Assembly (NCBI GenBank): GCA_903825105.1
Contig: CAIJZI010000005.1
Location: 18,821 to 82,820, forward strand
DNA length: 64,000 nucleotides
From: an uncultured bacterium
GTDB taxonomy: Bacteria; Patescibacteriota; Minisyncoccia; Phycocordibacterales; Phycocordibacteraceae
Direction: 5' to 3'
The position numbers were made by a program, and so were the translations under genes. Positions 20,983 to 30,872 of the stretch are shown in pieces (positions within the stretch are counted from its first letter, which is position 1; each line of letters opens with the position of its first letter). The notes below the pieces were generated by a model. That model saw nothing but the letters and a program-made list of their open reading frames with translations, was not told the DNA's origin and made no database searches.

Positions 20983-23133
20983 TTATTGGGTTGCTGCGGA
21001 AACAGGAACAGGAAGCATTACGCCACTAGTAAAAAGTTCTGGGTGTGAAGCATAATATGCTGACACACCGTACTCCCAATAAGCATATTGAGAATCTTGA
21101 TCAGGATTTGTTAATGGAGCGCCTTGTGGATTATTTTTGTCAGTCCAATACAATAAATCATGCGGAAAAATATTTCCATTTCTATCAGGAACTTGCCAAT
21201 TTCCCTGAAGCATCGGAGGTACTGAATTTGGAATAGTGTCTGCTTGTCCAAAATAAGTTTTTGGATATTTTGAAAGAGCATACACCATTGCTTCGTGCCA
21301 CATTGGAGCGGCGATGAAACCAGCAATTGATTTAACCATCGGCGTGTTGTCGTTATTCCCCGCCCATACGCCAAGAGCAATAGATGGTGTATAGCCAACA
21401 ACCCACGCATCTCGTGTGTCATCTGTCGTTCCAGTTTTTACCGCGACATCATATCCTGAAAAAGAGAGTGGGGAATTAAGAGGATATTCAGGAACACGCG
21501 CAGGAGCATCTGAAAGCATCCCTGAAACATCGCGCGCAATATTTGAAGACAGCACCGTAGATTGTTGTTGTACATATTTCTGAAGAATAGTGTTTTGAGA
21601 GTCATCAACTTCAAGTATTCCTGTTGGGGCGTTTTTTACTCCGTCATTTGCGAATACTGAATAAGCACCAACAAGATCAAGAAGACGGACTTCGCCACCT
21701 CCGAGGACAAGTGTGAGACCATACTGATTCGGATCTCCGAGAGTTGTGAGACCAAACGACTTTGCGAGATTTATGGCATTTTGTATACCGACAAGATATA
21801 AAACTTTAATAGCCGGGATGTTTATTGATTGTGCGAGTGCCGTCTCGAAGGTCATTGGACCACGGAATTTATTGTCGAAGTCACTTGGTGCATAACAAGG
21901 TGACTTATTATTTGTAACCGCTGATGGATTACATGCAGTTGAGAATTGAGTTGGGACATCAAAGACGACCGTGTCCCGCGTATAACCATTCATAAGAGCA
22001 AGAGAATACACAAAAGGCTTCATTGTTGATCCTGGTTGACGGAGAGAAAGTGCCGCATTGTATTGTCCATCGATATTTTTATCGAAGAAATCGCGAGAAC
22101 CAACCATTGCCAATATTTGTCCGGTTGTCGGATCTATCGCTACAAGAGAAGCGTTTGATGCTTTAAAATCCTTTTCATTTTGTAGCGCGTATTGATTTAC
22201 AATCGACTCAGCTTTTACCTCTAAATCAGCGTCAAGTGTGGTGGTAACTTTGAGTCCAGAAATAAGTGCCTGCTCCCCATATTTTTGTTCAAGCTGGTCA
22301 AGAATATAAAAAACAAAATGTGGTGCGATAATGCCGTTTTTACTCGATGGAGCAAAAGAAACATTTTCAGAAGTCGCAGAAGCATATTCGGTGTCATTTA
22401 TAAAGCCAAGGGTATGCATTCGTTCCAATACCAAATTTTTTCTCGCGTCCAACGCATCTCGGTGCGATCCATATGGGGAATAGTAGCTCGGTGCTTGAAT
22501 CATTGCGGCGAGATAAGCCGATTGTGCTAGAGAGAGATCTTTTGAAGAAATACCAAAATACGCTTCTGATGCAGCTTCTATCCCGTACAATGTCCCACCA
22601 AAAGGAATATTATTCAAATATGTTTCGAGGATCTGATCCTTTGAATAGACTTGTTCAAGCTTTATTGCCAAAATCCATTCGCGCACCTTTCTTGTTATGC
22701 TTTTTTCACTAGTGAGAAGGGTGTTTTTTACAACCTGCTGGGTGATCGTTGACCCTCCTTGAGAAGCAGAACCACCAAAAGCGTCGACGAATATCGCTCG
22801 AATAATGGAAGTTAGACGAATGCCACCATGTTGATAAAAACTAGAATCCTCGATAGCTATAGCTGCTTGTATAGCGTTTGGTGATATGTCGGATAGTTTA
22901 ACCACATCGCGGCGTGCGTCACGATTGTAGTCATAAAGAAGTACCTGACCGGTACGATCGTAAATCTTTGTAGACTGCGCCACTTGTCTATTAGTAAATG
23001 AGCTAATGTCTGGGGTAGGGGTAGTGGCAATAAAAATAATGCCAATTCCAGCAAAAAAGAATATAAGACCAAAAACAATAAGTCCGAATCGAATAAGGAT
23101 ATTTCTTTGTTTTAAACCACGACGAGAAACCAT
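20983..23133 (-). CDS. Class A penicillin-binding protein (PBP1A)
   Basis: AIEDSSFYQHGG, GGSTITQQ, RQPGSTMKPF, SIN and KTGT. Confidence 0.95.
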   Translation of the reverse strand: MVSRRGLKQRNILIRFGLIVFGLIFFFAGIGIIFIATTPTPDISSFTNRQVAQSTKIYDRTGQVLLYDYNRDARRDVVKLSDISPNAIQAAIAIEDSSFYQHGGIRLTSIIRAIFVDAFGGSASQGGSTITQQVVKNTLLTSEKSITRKVREWILAIKLEQVYSKDQILETYLNNIPFGGTLYGIEAASEAYFGISSKDLSLAQSAYLAAMIQAPSYYSPYGSHRDALDARKNLVLERMHTLGFINDTEYASATSENVSFAPSSKNGIIAPHFVFYILDQLEQKYGEQALISGLKVTTTLDADLEVKAESIVNQYALQNEKDFKASNASLVAIDPTTGQILAMVGSRDFFDKNIDGQYNAALSLRQPGSTMKPFVYSLALMNGYTRDTVVFDVPTQFSTACNPSAVTNNKSPCYAPSDFDNKFRGPMTFETALAQSINIPAIKVLYLVGIQNAINLAKSFGLTTLGDPNQYGLTLVLGGGEVRLLDLVGAYSVFANDGVKNAPTGILEVDDSQNTILQKYVQQQSTVLSSNIARDVSGMLSDAPARVPEYPLNSPLSFSGYDVAVKTGTTDDTRDAWVVGYTPSIALGVWAGNNDNTPMVKSIAGFIAAPMWHEAMVYALSKYPKTYFGQADTIPNSVPPMLQGNWQVPDRNGNIFPHDLLYWTDKNNPQGAPLTNPDQDSQYAYWEYGVSAYYASHPELFTSGVMLPVPVSAATQ

Positions 23134-23144
23134 TCTTTAAATAA

Positions 23145-23184
23145 TAACACGAGCGCTCCTTTTTTTAACGGAGCGCTCGTGTTA
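23145..23184. terminator. Hairpin downstream of acidic small ORF
   Basis: TAACACGAGCGCTCC..GGAGCGCTCGTGTTA. Confidence 0.7.
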
Positions 23185-23194
23185 TATGAATTAA

Positions 23195-23299
23195 TTAAAA
23201 CTCATCCTCATCCTCTAAACCTTCAATTCGTGGGCCATCCTCCTCCTCTTCAATTTCTTCACCATCTATCAATTCATCTTCATCATCAAAACTAGGCAT
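23195..23299 (-). CDS. 34-aa hyper-acidic peptide (below ORF-track cutoff)
   Basis: MPSFDDEDELIDGEEIEEEEDGPRIEGLEDEDEF*; followed by a hairpin. Confidence 0.55.
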   Translation of the reverse strand: MPSFDDEDELIDGEEIEEEEDGPRIEGLEDEDEF

Positions 23300-23373
23300 A
23301 TGTGTATGTTATGGGTTAACCCCACACAGGGGCTGATACATTTAAGCAAAATAGATTTTTTCTGCAAGTGCCT

Positions 23374-23865
23374 TTATTTTTTACCTGTGGATTGTATTAA
23401 AAAACCTGTGGCGAGCGCGGTAATACCAATAGCGATGGCGTCGAGCTCATCATCAAGGCGTTTCTTTTTCGGTAAATTAAGAAGGAGGGGAACCATTCTC
23501 TCAATCGATTTTTTGTCTGCGCCGCCATGGCCGGTAACGGCTAATTTTATTTGTTGAGGTGAAAATTCAATAACCGGAATCGATTGTATACCCGCTGCGG
23601 CAAGGATCGCGCCGCGCGCCTCAGCGACTTTGAGCGCCGTCTTTTTATTAATACTAAAAAACAATGTTTCAATCGCCAATATATCAGGAGCGTATTTTTT
23701 AATCGCCGCAGAAACAGCTTGTGAGATTGTAGCGAGCCGTTCAGAGCTCACACCCTTGTCTGGCACTATACAATCGCTCCAAACAAGTGTCGGTCGTGAA
23801 GAATTACCTTCAACGATCGCAATGCCCATACGATCATACCCAGGGTCAATCGCCACTATTCTCAT
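23374..23865 (-). CDS. ruvC: Holliday junction resolvase RuvC
   Basis: IVAIDPG, AIETLFF, VAEARG and DDELDAIAIG. Confidence 0.95.
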   Translation of the reverse strand: MRIVAIDPGYDRMGIAIVEGNSSRPTLVWSDCIVPDKGVSSERLATISQAVSAAIKKYAPDILAIETLFFSINKKTALKVAEARGAILAAAGIQSIPVIEFSPQQIKLAVTGHGGADKKSIERMVPLLLNLPKKKRLDDELDAIAIGITALATGFLIQSTGKK

Positions 23866-24397
23866 AGCCTGTGGCATTGGTAAAAACTCCCTGCACATCT
23901 TCGTGCTCATCGAGCACTTCTATAAGAGCGACTAGTTTTTCTTCATCAGCACCTGATATCTCAAGAGTGGTGGTAGGAACATAAGAATCACCAGTTTTGG
24001 TAAATGCCCACTGTGCTGACCCTGGAGGAGCGATTTCAGTTCCGTGGGTAACCAGAAGATGTTTCAATTCTTGTGTGGTGCGATTTTTATTATCCGTCAT
24101 CGCATCGATAAGAATGGCGACACCGGCCGGGCCGTAGGTTTCATAAAGATTGTGAGCTAACTCACCAGAATCTTTTGAAACACCTTTCGCAACAGCGCGT
24201 TCGATATTGTCTTTTGGCATATTCGCCGCCTTCGCTTTATTTATCGCAGAAGCGAGAGACGGGTCAGAAACATTTCCTTGTGATCTTTTCGATTCAAAGG
24301 CAATCAGACGCGCGTGGCGCGCGAAGATTCTGCTTTTAGCAGCATCTGTCACCGACTTCTGATGTTTAATTTGTGACCATTTACTGTGTCCGGACAT
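23846..24397 (-). CDS. yebC: YebC/PmpR family protein (short form)
   Basis: MSGHSKWSQIKHQK, NMPKDNIERA, YGPAG and TDNKNRT. Confidence 0.95.
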   Translation of the reverse strand: MSGHSKWSQIKHQKSVTDAAKSRIFARHARLIAFESKRSQGNVSDPSLASAINKAKAANMPKDNIERAVAKGVSKDSGELAHNLYETYGPAGVAILIDAMTDNKNRTTQELKHLLVTHGTEIAPPGSAQWAFTKTGDSYVPTTTLEISGADEEKLVALIEVLDEHEDVQGVFTNATGYENSGD

Positions 24398-24399
24398 AA

Positions 24400-25395
24400 T
24401 TAAAATAAATTAGATTTTTCGCCAAGGTATTCGCGGCCTTTTTGGGTCAGTATGCGACCACGCGGTGAGCGTTCGATAAAGCCAAGGCGGAGTAAATACG
24501 GTTCGTAGACATATTCGACCGTGTCAGAATCTTCGTGAAGCCCCGCGGCGAGCGCGCGAACGCCAGCGGGGCCACCATGAAAACTCTTTTTGAGAGTTTC
24601 GAGATAGCGGCGATCATCTTTCGTCAGGCCAAACTCATCGATACCGAAAAGTTCACACGCTTCATCACAAAGTTCTGGAGAAATCTTTTGTTCTTTTACC
24701 TCAGAGAAGTCACGAATGCGCTTTAGAAGAGAATTGGCGACGCGCGGTGTCGCGCGGCTTCTCTTCGCTATACTTTTTATTACCCCATCAGACACCGAGA
24801 GTTTCAGTAGGTGAGCAGAGCGGCGAATAATATCCTGCAAATCTTCATCAGTATAAAAATCGAGTTGGAAGGTGCCGCCGCCAAAACGGGAGCGAAGAGG
24901 TCCAGAAAGTTCGGCAACGCGCGTGGTCGCGCCAACAAGAGTGAATGGTGGAAGAGCGAGCTCGACTGTGCGCGCCGACGGGCCTTTCCCAAGCACGATA
25001 TCGAGATGTCCCGATTCAAGCGCTGGATACAGCAATTCTTCTATTTTCCGAGACAACCGATGAATTTCATCAATAAAAAGAACGGTGTTCGGCTCGAGGT
25101 TGGTCAATATGGCGGCGAGATCTCCTGCGCGCTCAATAGCGACTCCGGAAGTGCTCTTAAGCGGCGATTCAAGCGTCGCAGCGACCAAATAGGCGAGCGT
25201 CGTCTTCCCGACGCCTGGCGGGCCGTAGAAAAGAATGTGTTCGGGCATCCCTCCACGCTTCTTCGCAGCATCAATCGAGATGCTCACATTCGCTTTAACC
25301 TGCTTTTGTCCGACATATTCGTCCCACCGGCTCGGGCGTAGCGCGGCGTCAAGAGAAGTAGACAAATCATCGGAGAGCTTCGGAGCTATTGACAT
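24400..25395 (-). CDS. ruvB: Holliday junction helicase RuvB
   Basis: LRPSRWDEYVGQ, GPPGVGKTT, FIDEIHR and GATT. Confidence 0.97.
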   Translation of the reverse strand: MSIAPKLSDDLSTSLDAALRPSRWDEYVGQKQVKANVSISIDAAKKRGGMPEHILFYGPPGVGKTTLAYLVAATLESPLKSTSGVAIERAGDLAAILTNLEPNTVLFIDEIHRLSRKIEELLYPALESGHLDIVLGKGPSARTVELALPPFTLVGATTRVAELSGPLRSRFGGGTFQLDFYTDEDLQDIIRRSAHLLKLSVSDGVIKSIAKRSRATPRVANSLLKRIRDFSEVKEQKISPELCDEACELFGIDEFGLTKDDRRYLETLKKSFHGGPAGVRALAAGLHEDSDTVEYVYEPYLLRLGFIERSPRGRILTQKGREYLGEKSNLF

Positions 25396-25637
25396 AAAAA
25401 TAATACGATGCTAACATTCTAGCATAGATTTTTGATCCTGTTCATACTCCTCTAGGCAAGGGCTTGACGGCTTTTGGCGTTTCCCCAAGGATTCTCTGGT
25501 CCGCTACTTCGGTAGTGATGCTGTGGATCTCCTCAGGTGCTACGCCTTCGCCCGCCATTGGCGGGATTTTGCCTTGAGGATTCTGGACGGGATTTGTTCT
25601 TTTGCAAAATCAATCACAAAAAGAAAGGAGAAGAAAA

Positions 25638-25844
25638 GTGGAGCAAACAGAACGGGAGAAAGAGATCGTCAAGAAACTCAGCGAGATGCACAAAAACCAC
25701 ACAACAGACCCTTGGATTTTGTGCGCGGTGGCATTCCATGAATTTGATCCTCAACATACGTACATTGCGGAGTACACCGTACTACAACTACAAGAAGAGC
25801 TGTTTGAGATATGCCACACCCGCGGGGACAAGTGGACGCGGTAA
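25638..25844 (+). CDS. Small hypothetical protein with structured 5' leader
   Basis: AAGGAG SD then GTG at 25638; TTGACG at 25464; downstream hairpin 25852-25885. Confidence 0.5.
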   Translation: MEQTEREKEIVKKLSEMHKNHTTDPWILCAVAFHEFDPQHTYIAEYTVLQLQEELFEICHTRGDKWTR

Positions 25845-25888
25845 AACAGGTTAGGCTAGGAGATGATTTTGTCTCCTAGCCTTTCTTT

Positions 25889-27559
25889 TTACCTTGGCAG
25901 ATCGACAGTACCAGCGACTTCGGAGAGGGAGGTGGCGCCGGCGAGGGCTTTGAGAATGCCGTCTTGTGCCATGGTGAGATAGCCTTGTTTTGTTACCAAT
26001 TTTGCAATTTCATTTTCTGGTGGATTGTCGCGGAGAAAGTTCGCGAGCTCGTCATCCATAAAAATAGCTTCATAGAGACCGACGCGACCTTTGTATCCCG
26101 TCTCATCTTCATTCGCTGGCGAAGGCTCCCAAACCGTTTCTATTTTTTCTGGAATCAAACTTTTATCAGTAATTGTTTCAAAGACTTTTCCAATCATTTT
26201 TTTCTCATCATCGGTGAGTGGGCGTTCTTTTTTCTTTTCTGGGTCGAGCTTTCTTAAAAGGCGTTGTGCCATCGAGACGGTTACCGAAGAACCAAATGAT
26301 TTTGGGTCTGCGCCGAGGTCGACGAGGCGCGGGAAGGTGCCAGCCGCATTGTTGGTGTGAAGGGTAGAGAAGACGAAGTGGCCTGTGAGCGCCGCTTGGA
26401 TAGCGATATTCGCCGTCTCTCCATCGCGGATTTCGCCAACCATGATGATGTCTGGGTCTTGGCGCACAATCGAGCGAAGCCCTTCGGCAAAAGTATATTT
26501 CCCATCAACCACTTGTGTCTGGACAATGCCGTCGAGGTGATATTCAACCGGGTCTTCAATAGTAATTATTTTTATTTCTGGCGTATGGATTTCGCGTAAG
26601 AAAGAATAAAGAGTGGTCGTTTTACCAGAGCCGGTTGGGCCGGTGGTGAGGAGCATGCCGTTTGGTCTTCTAATTTCTGCTTCGAGTCGCGCGAGCAGCT
26701 TCGGGTGAATGCCGAGCTCTTTATACGAAACTTTTGTCGCTTCAGGGTCGAGAATACGCATCACGATTGACTCGCCATAATTGCCAGGGATAAACGAAAC
26801 ACGAATTTCAATCTGATTATTTCCTCGTACAATACTAAAACGCCCGTCTTGTGCGCGATTCGTCACATTCAATTTCATTCCTGAGAGTAACTTGATGCGC
26901 GAATTGAGCTGATGGTAGGTCGCTGGGTCAAATAAATAAGTATCCGAGAGAATACCATCAACACGAAGTCGCAGAAGTGTTTTGTCCTCGCTTGGTTCGA
27001 AGTGAATGTCTGACGAACGAAGAGCGAACGCACCAGCGAAGATTGTTTCAAGTGTGTGAGAAATTCTATCGAGCGATTTTAATGCTGTTATTGAATCGAG
27101 ATCCTGTTTCAATGCACTTTTCGTTTTTATTTCGTCAGTGATTTTCTTAAGGGTTTCTGGTGCAAGGGTGAAGACACCCACTTTTGATTCTGTTGAAAAC
27201 AACAAGTCTTTATATCGAGCAAATGCTTTGTCTAAACTTTTTTTTGAAACAAGGAATTCATTTAGCGTAAATTCGCGTGCGACCAGACCATCTTTCAATT
27301 TTAATAGTGCTGGATTATTTGGATTATGAACGGCGAGAGAGATTGTCTTTGCATTTTTAGCAAAAGCGACCGCTTCAGCTGCGCGCGCCTCTTCTTCTGG
27401 AATAACACGTAGAGCTTCGTTGTCTATTTCTTGGGATGACAAATCAACATAGGCAATGCCATATTTTTGAGAAAGAATTTGTGCGACATCCTCCTCTTCG
27501 CGCTCACGGATAGAAGAAATCTCTTCTTCAGTATGTTTTGAATCAAAAAGTGCGTCCAT
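25889..27559 (-). CDS. Type IV pilus / T2SS assembly ATPase (PilB/GspE)
   Basis: SDIHFEP, QDGRF, TGPTGSGKTTT, TIEDPVEY, RQDPDIIMVGEIRD and TGHFVFSTLHTN. Confidence 0.95.
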   Translation of the reverse strand: MDALFDSKHTEEEISSIREREEEDVAQILSQKYGIAYVDLSSQEIDNEALRVIPEEEARAAEAVAFAKNAKTISLAVHNPNNPALLKLKDGLVAREFTLNEFLVSKKSLDKAFARYKDLLFSTESKVGVFTLAPETLKKITDEIKTKSALKQDLDSITALKSLDRISHTLETIFAGAFALRSSDIHFEPSEDKTLLRLRVDGILSDTYLFDPATYHQLNSRIKLLSGMKLNVTNRAQDGRFSIVRGNNQIEIRVSFIPGNYGESIVMRILDPEATKVSYKELGIHPKLLARLEAEIRRPNGMLLTTGPTGSGKTTTLYSFLREIHTPEIKIITIEDPVEYHLDGIVQTQVVDGKYTFAEGLRSIVRQDPDIIMVGEIRDGETANIAIQAALTGHFVFSTLHTNNAAGTFPRLVDLGADPKSFGSSVTVSMAQRLLRKLDPEKKKERPLTDDEKKMIGKVFETITDKSLIPEKIETVWEPSPANEDETGYKGRVGLYEAIFMDDELANFLRDNPPENEIAKLVTKQGYLTMAQDGILKALAGATSLSEVAGTVDLPR

Positions 27560-27657
27560 ATCAATAATAATACACGGATACAGCGGCTCGATAAGTGCGA
27601 TTTGACAATAGTGTTGATTTAAGTATTATTAATTTTGGAAACAGAAGGGGTAATCTG

Positions 27658-27999
27658 ATGAAAATTGTAAAGATTCTCTGTGTTCTTTTCTTCTGTATTT
27701 GTGCGTTCGCCGCGAGCGCGTAGCAGTCGTGCATAACGATAAACGGCGTTCCGTACTGTCCGCAGCGGGCACAACAGGTACCCGCTATGCAACCGGTCGT
27801 TGTGCCTCAGCCAATATGTCCTCTTGGGACGCAGTCTGTAATGACTCAGTACGGGCTTGTGTGCGCCAATATGTACTCACTATACGGACCACAGTACTTT
27901 ATGCCTGTCGTCGTGGGGCGCCGTGCAGTTTTTGTATCGATACAGTTTGGCGGAGGGTATGGCCAGGTCTGTATAGGCAGAAGGTTTTGCATTCAGTAA
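27658..27999 (+). pseudogene. Secreted Cys/Pro-rich protein interrupted by in-frame TAG
   Basis: MKIVKILCVLFFCICAFAASA-TAG(27721)-QSCITINGVPYCPQ.. continues in frame into ORF 27787..27999; TTGACA/TATTAT promoter and downstream hairpin 28004-28032. Confidence 0.65.
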
Positions 28000-28060
28000 T
28001 ACCGTGCGCCCTTCTTTCGTAGGAGGGCGCATTTCTCTTTTCGGCTGTACAATAAAGGGA

Positions 28061-28510
28061 ATGGAAACGAAGGTCCAAAATCTTGAAGAAATGCACGCAG
28101 AAGCAACGCGTTTTCTGGGCGGATTACATAAAAAAGAAGACGGTGCGATGCTGATAACTCTCTCTGGCGAACTCGGAGCGGGGAAGACCGCTTTTGTAAA
28201 AATGATCGCGCAGGAGCTCGGCGTCGATGACTTGGTAACCAGCCCAACGTTCGTTCTCGAGAAGATTTATTCACTTGGAGGTCCGACCTCCAAGTTCGCG
28301 CAGTTCGCGCGTCTTATTCACATAGATGCGTATCGTCTCGAAGATGGAAAAGATTTGTCAGCTATAGGCTTTGATGAAATTTTACAAGATCCAGATAATC
28401 TTATTTTTCTCGAATGGCCAGAAAAAGTTGAGAATAATCTGCCCAAAACCGCCCACAAGATTTCTATAAAAGTTCTTTCTGACGATTCTCGTCTCATTTC
28501 TTATGACTAA
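28061..28510 (+). CDS. tsaE: t6A biosynthesis ATPase TsaE
   Basis: LSGELGAGKT, VTSPTF, HIDAYRL and EWP. Confidence 0.95.
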   Translation: METKVQNLEEMHAEATRFLGGLHKKEDGAMLITLSGELGAGKTAFVKMIAQELGVDDLVTSPTFVLEKIYSLGGPTSKFAQFARLIHIDAYRLEDGKDLSAIGFDEILQDPDNLIFLEWPEKVENNLPKTAHKISIKVLSDDSRLISYD

Positions 28511-30872
28511 AGAATTACAAAAGAAAATAGTGCTCCTTGATACGCATGCGATAATCCATCGCGCTTATCACGCCTTACCGCAGGATTTTACGGGCCCAAA
28601 TGGTGCCCCAACCGGCGCTTTGTACGGTCTTGTTTCGATGCTTTTAAAAATAATCACCGATCTCTCTCCTGATTATATCGTCGCGTGCTACGACCTGCCG
28701 AAGCCAACCATCCGTCACGAAGCGTATGCTGACTATAAGGGTACACGCACAAAAACAGATGATGCGTTGTCACTCCAGATTCAAGAATCGCGCAAAATCT
28801 TTGAAGTTTTTTCGATTCCACTGTATGAAAAAGAAGGTTTTGAGGCAGACGATCTGCTTGGCACCATTGCTTTTAAATTAAAAGAAGATAAAAATACACA
28901 AGTCATTATTGCTTCGGGCGATATGGATACGCTCCAGCTCGTCGAAGGTAAAAAAGTGTGTGTTTACACGCTAAAAAAGGGCATACACGACACTATTTTG
29001 TATGATGAAAAAGCGGTAGAAGCGCGATTTAATTTCTCACCGACGCTTATTCCTGATTGGAAAGGCCTCCGTGGTGACCCCTCTGACAACATAAAAGGTA
29101 TCCCCGGCATTGGAGAAAAGACGGCCACTGAACTCATAACCAATTTCGGTTCAATTGAGAAAATATATACTGTCCTTAAAAAAGGAGATGATGCATTTAT
29201 AAAAAAAGGAATTAAAACGCGTATCATCACTCTCTTAAAAGAACACGAAGAAGATGCGCGATTTTCAAAATCGCTCGCGACGATTCGGCTCGACGCGCCG
29301 ATCGCATTTCATTTGCCCGAACACTCGTGGCGCGAGTCGGTTCATATAGAAAAAGTTTTTAACATTTTTGATGAATTTGGATTTAGATCGCTTCGAGAGC
29401 GAGCGCGCACAACGCTTGGTGTTCGTGAGCGAGAAGATTTTGTCGAGCCAGAACCAGAAATGGTAGACGCTACTCATTTTTCTGAAGCGCAGATTATGCT
29501 CTGGCTTATTTCTTCAGAATTTACGAACCCTTCGCTTGATGACATTCTCGCTTTTACCAAAGAGCGCACCTTTGATCCAGCTTATAAAGAACTTTTTAAA
29601 CAAATATCAGAAGAAGGGGAGATGCTCGAGGTATACGAAAAAATAGAAAAGCCGCTCATACCGATCGTGCGAGCGATGACCATTTGTGGCATTTCTGTCG
29701 ATCCGGAAGTTTTAAAAGATTTGTCAAAAAAATATGGCGCAGAACTCGAGCGCCTCGAAAAAGAAATTTATAAAATCGCTGGTCACGAATTTAATATTAA
29801 TTCGCCACAACAACTCGGCGTGGTGCTCTTCGATGAATTAAAAATAATTCCCGAACGGCAGAAAAAGACGGCGGGTGGTGCGCGCTCAACGCGCGAGAGC
29901 GAGCTCGAAAAAATTCGTGAAGCAAACCCTATTGTCCCAGCAATTCTTGATTACCGAGAATTGAAGAAACTCCTCTCCACCTATATTGAAAATCTCCAAC
30001 ATTTACTTGATGAAAATGGTCGTCTCCACGCAGAATTTATACAGACCGGTACAACAACAGGGCGCCTCACTTCACAAAATCCAAACCTTCAAAACATCCC
30101 GATCCAATCAGAGCGCGGGCAGGCAATACGACACGCTTTTGTCGCATCTGAAGGATATAAACTCGTATCGCTAGATTATTCACAAATAGAACTACGAATC
30201 GCAGCGATTCTTTCGGGTGATGAAAACTTGTGCGAAATATTTCGTGCCAGTCGCGATGTTCACACTGAAGTTGCTGCACGCGTATTTCATGTGTCGTCAG
30301 AACAAGTAGATGCTGAGATGCGTCGAAGAGCCAAGGTAATTAACTTCGGTATTCTTTATGGAATGGGCATAAACGCACTTCGCGCGCAGTTAAAGACTAC
30401 TACTGCAGAGGCGCATACCTTCTATGAAGAATACTTTGAACAATTTAAAACGCTGTCAGACTATCTCGAGAGCACTAAAGGCTTTGCGCGTAAAAATGGC
30501 TATACCGAAACGCTTTTTGGTCGTCGTCGCCAATTCCCGGAGATGAAATCAACTCTTCCTTATGTGCGCGCTCAAGCAGAGCGAATGGCGATTAATGCGC
30601 CGATACAAGGAACCCAAGCAGACATCATTAAGCTCGCGATGGTACGCGTACACGAAATGCTGGAGAAAAAATATAAAAAGAGCGACGCGAATCTTCTCCT
30701 TACTGTGCACGACGAATTGGTATATGAAGTCCGCGACGCGCTTGTAGAAGAAATCAGTGATGAAATTAAAAAAATTATGGAATCCATTTTACCTCTTGAA
30801 GAAACGCGTGGCGTCCCGCTTATCACAACGATGAAAAAGGGCCCGAACTGGGGCTCAATGGAAACAGTATGA
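28503..30872 (+). CDS. polA: DNA polymerase I (5'-3' exonuclease plus polymerase; 3'-5' exonuclease reduced)
   Basis: EADD, GDPSDNIKGIPGIGEKTA, TGRLTSQNPNLQNIP, DYSQIELR and VHDEL. Confidence 0.96.
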   Translation: MTKELQKKIVLLDTHAIIHRAYHALPQDFTGPNGAPTGALYGLVSMLLKIITDLSPDYIVACYDLPKPTIRHEAYADYKGTRTKTDDALSLQIQESRKIFEVFSIPLYEKEGFEADDLLGTIAFKLKEDKNTQVIIASGDMDTLQLVEGKKVCVYTLKKGIHDTILYDEKAVEARFNFSPTLIPDWKGLRGDPSDNIKGIPGIGEKTATELITNFGSIEKIYTVLKKGDDAFIKKGIKTRIITLLKEHEEDARFSKSLATIRLDAPIAFHLPEHSWRESVHIEKVFNIFDEFGFRSLRERARTTLGVREREDFVEPEPEMVDATHFSEAQIMLWLISSEFTNPSLDDILAFTKERTFDPAYKELFKQISEEGEMLEVYEKIEKPLIPIVRAMTICGISVDPEVLKDLSKKYGAELERLEKEIYKIAGHEFNINSPQQLGVVLFDELKIIPERQKKTAGGARSTRESELEKIREANPIVPAILDYRELKKLLSTYIENLQHLLDENGRLHAEFIQTGTTTGRLTSQNPNLQNIPIQSERGQAIRHAFVASEGYKLVSLDYSQIELRIAAILSGDENLCEIFRASRDVHTEVAARVFHVSSEQVDAEMRRRAKVINFGILYGMGINALRAQLKTTTAEAHTFYEEYFEQFKTLSDYLESTKGFARKNGYTETLFGRRRQFPEMKSTLPYVRAQAERMAINAPIQGTQADIIKLAMVRVHEMLEKKYKKSDANLLLTVHDELVYEVRDALVEEISDEIKKIMESILPLEETRGVPLITTMKKGPNWGSMETV

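Noticed and set aside
28503-30872. PolA lacking a full 3'-5' exonuclease domain
   Set aside because: Common in many bacteria; not novel.
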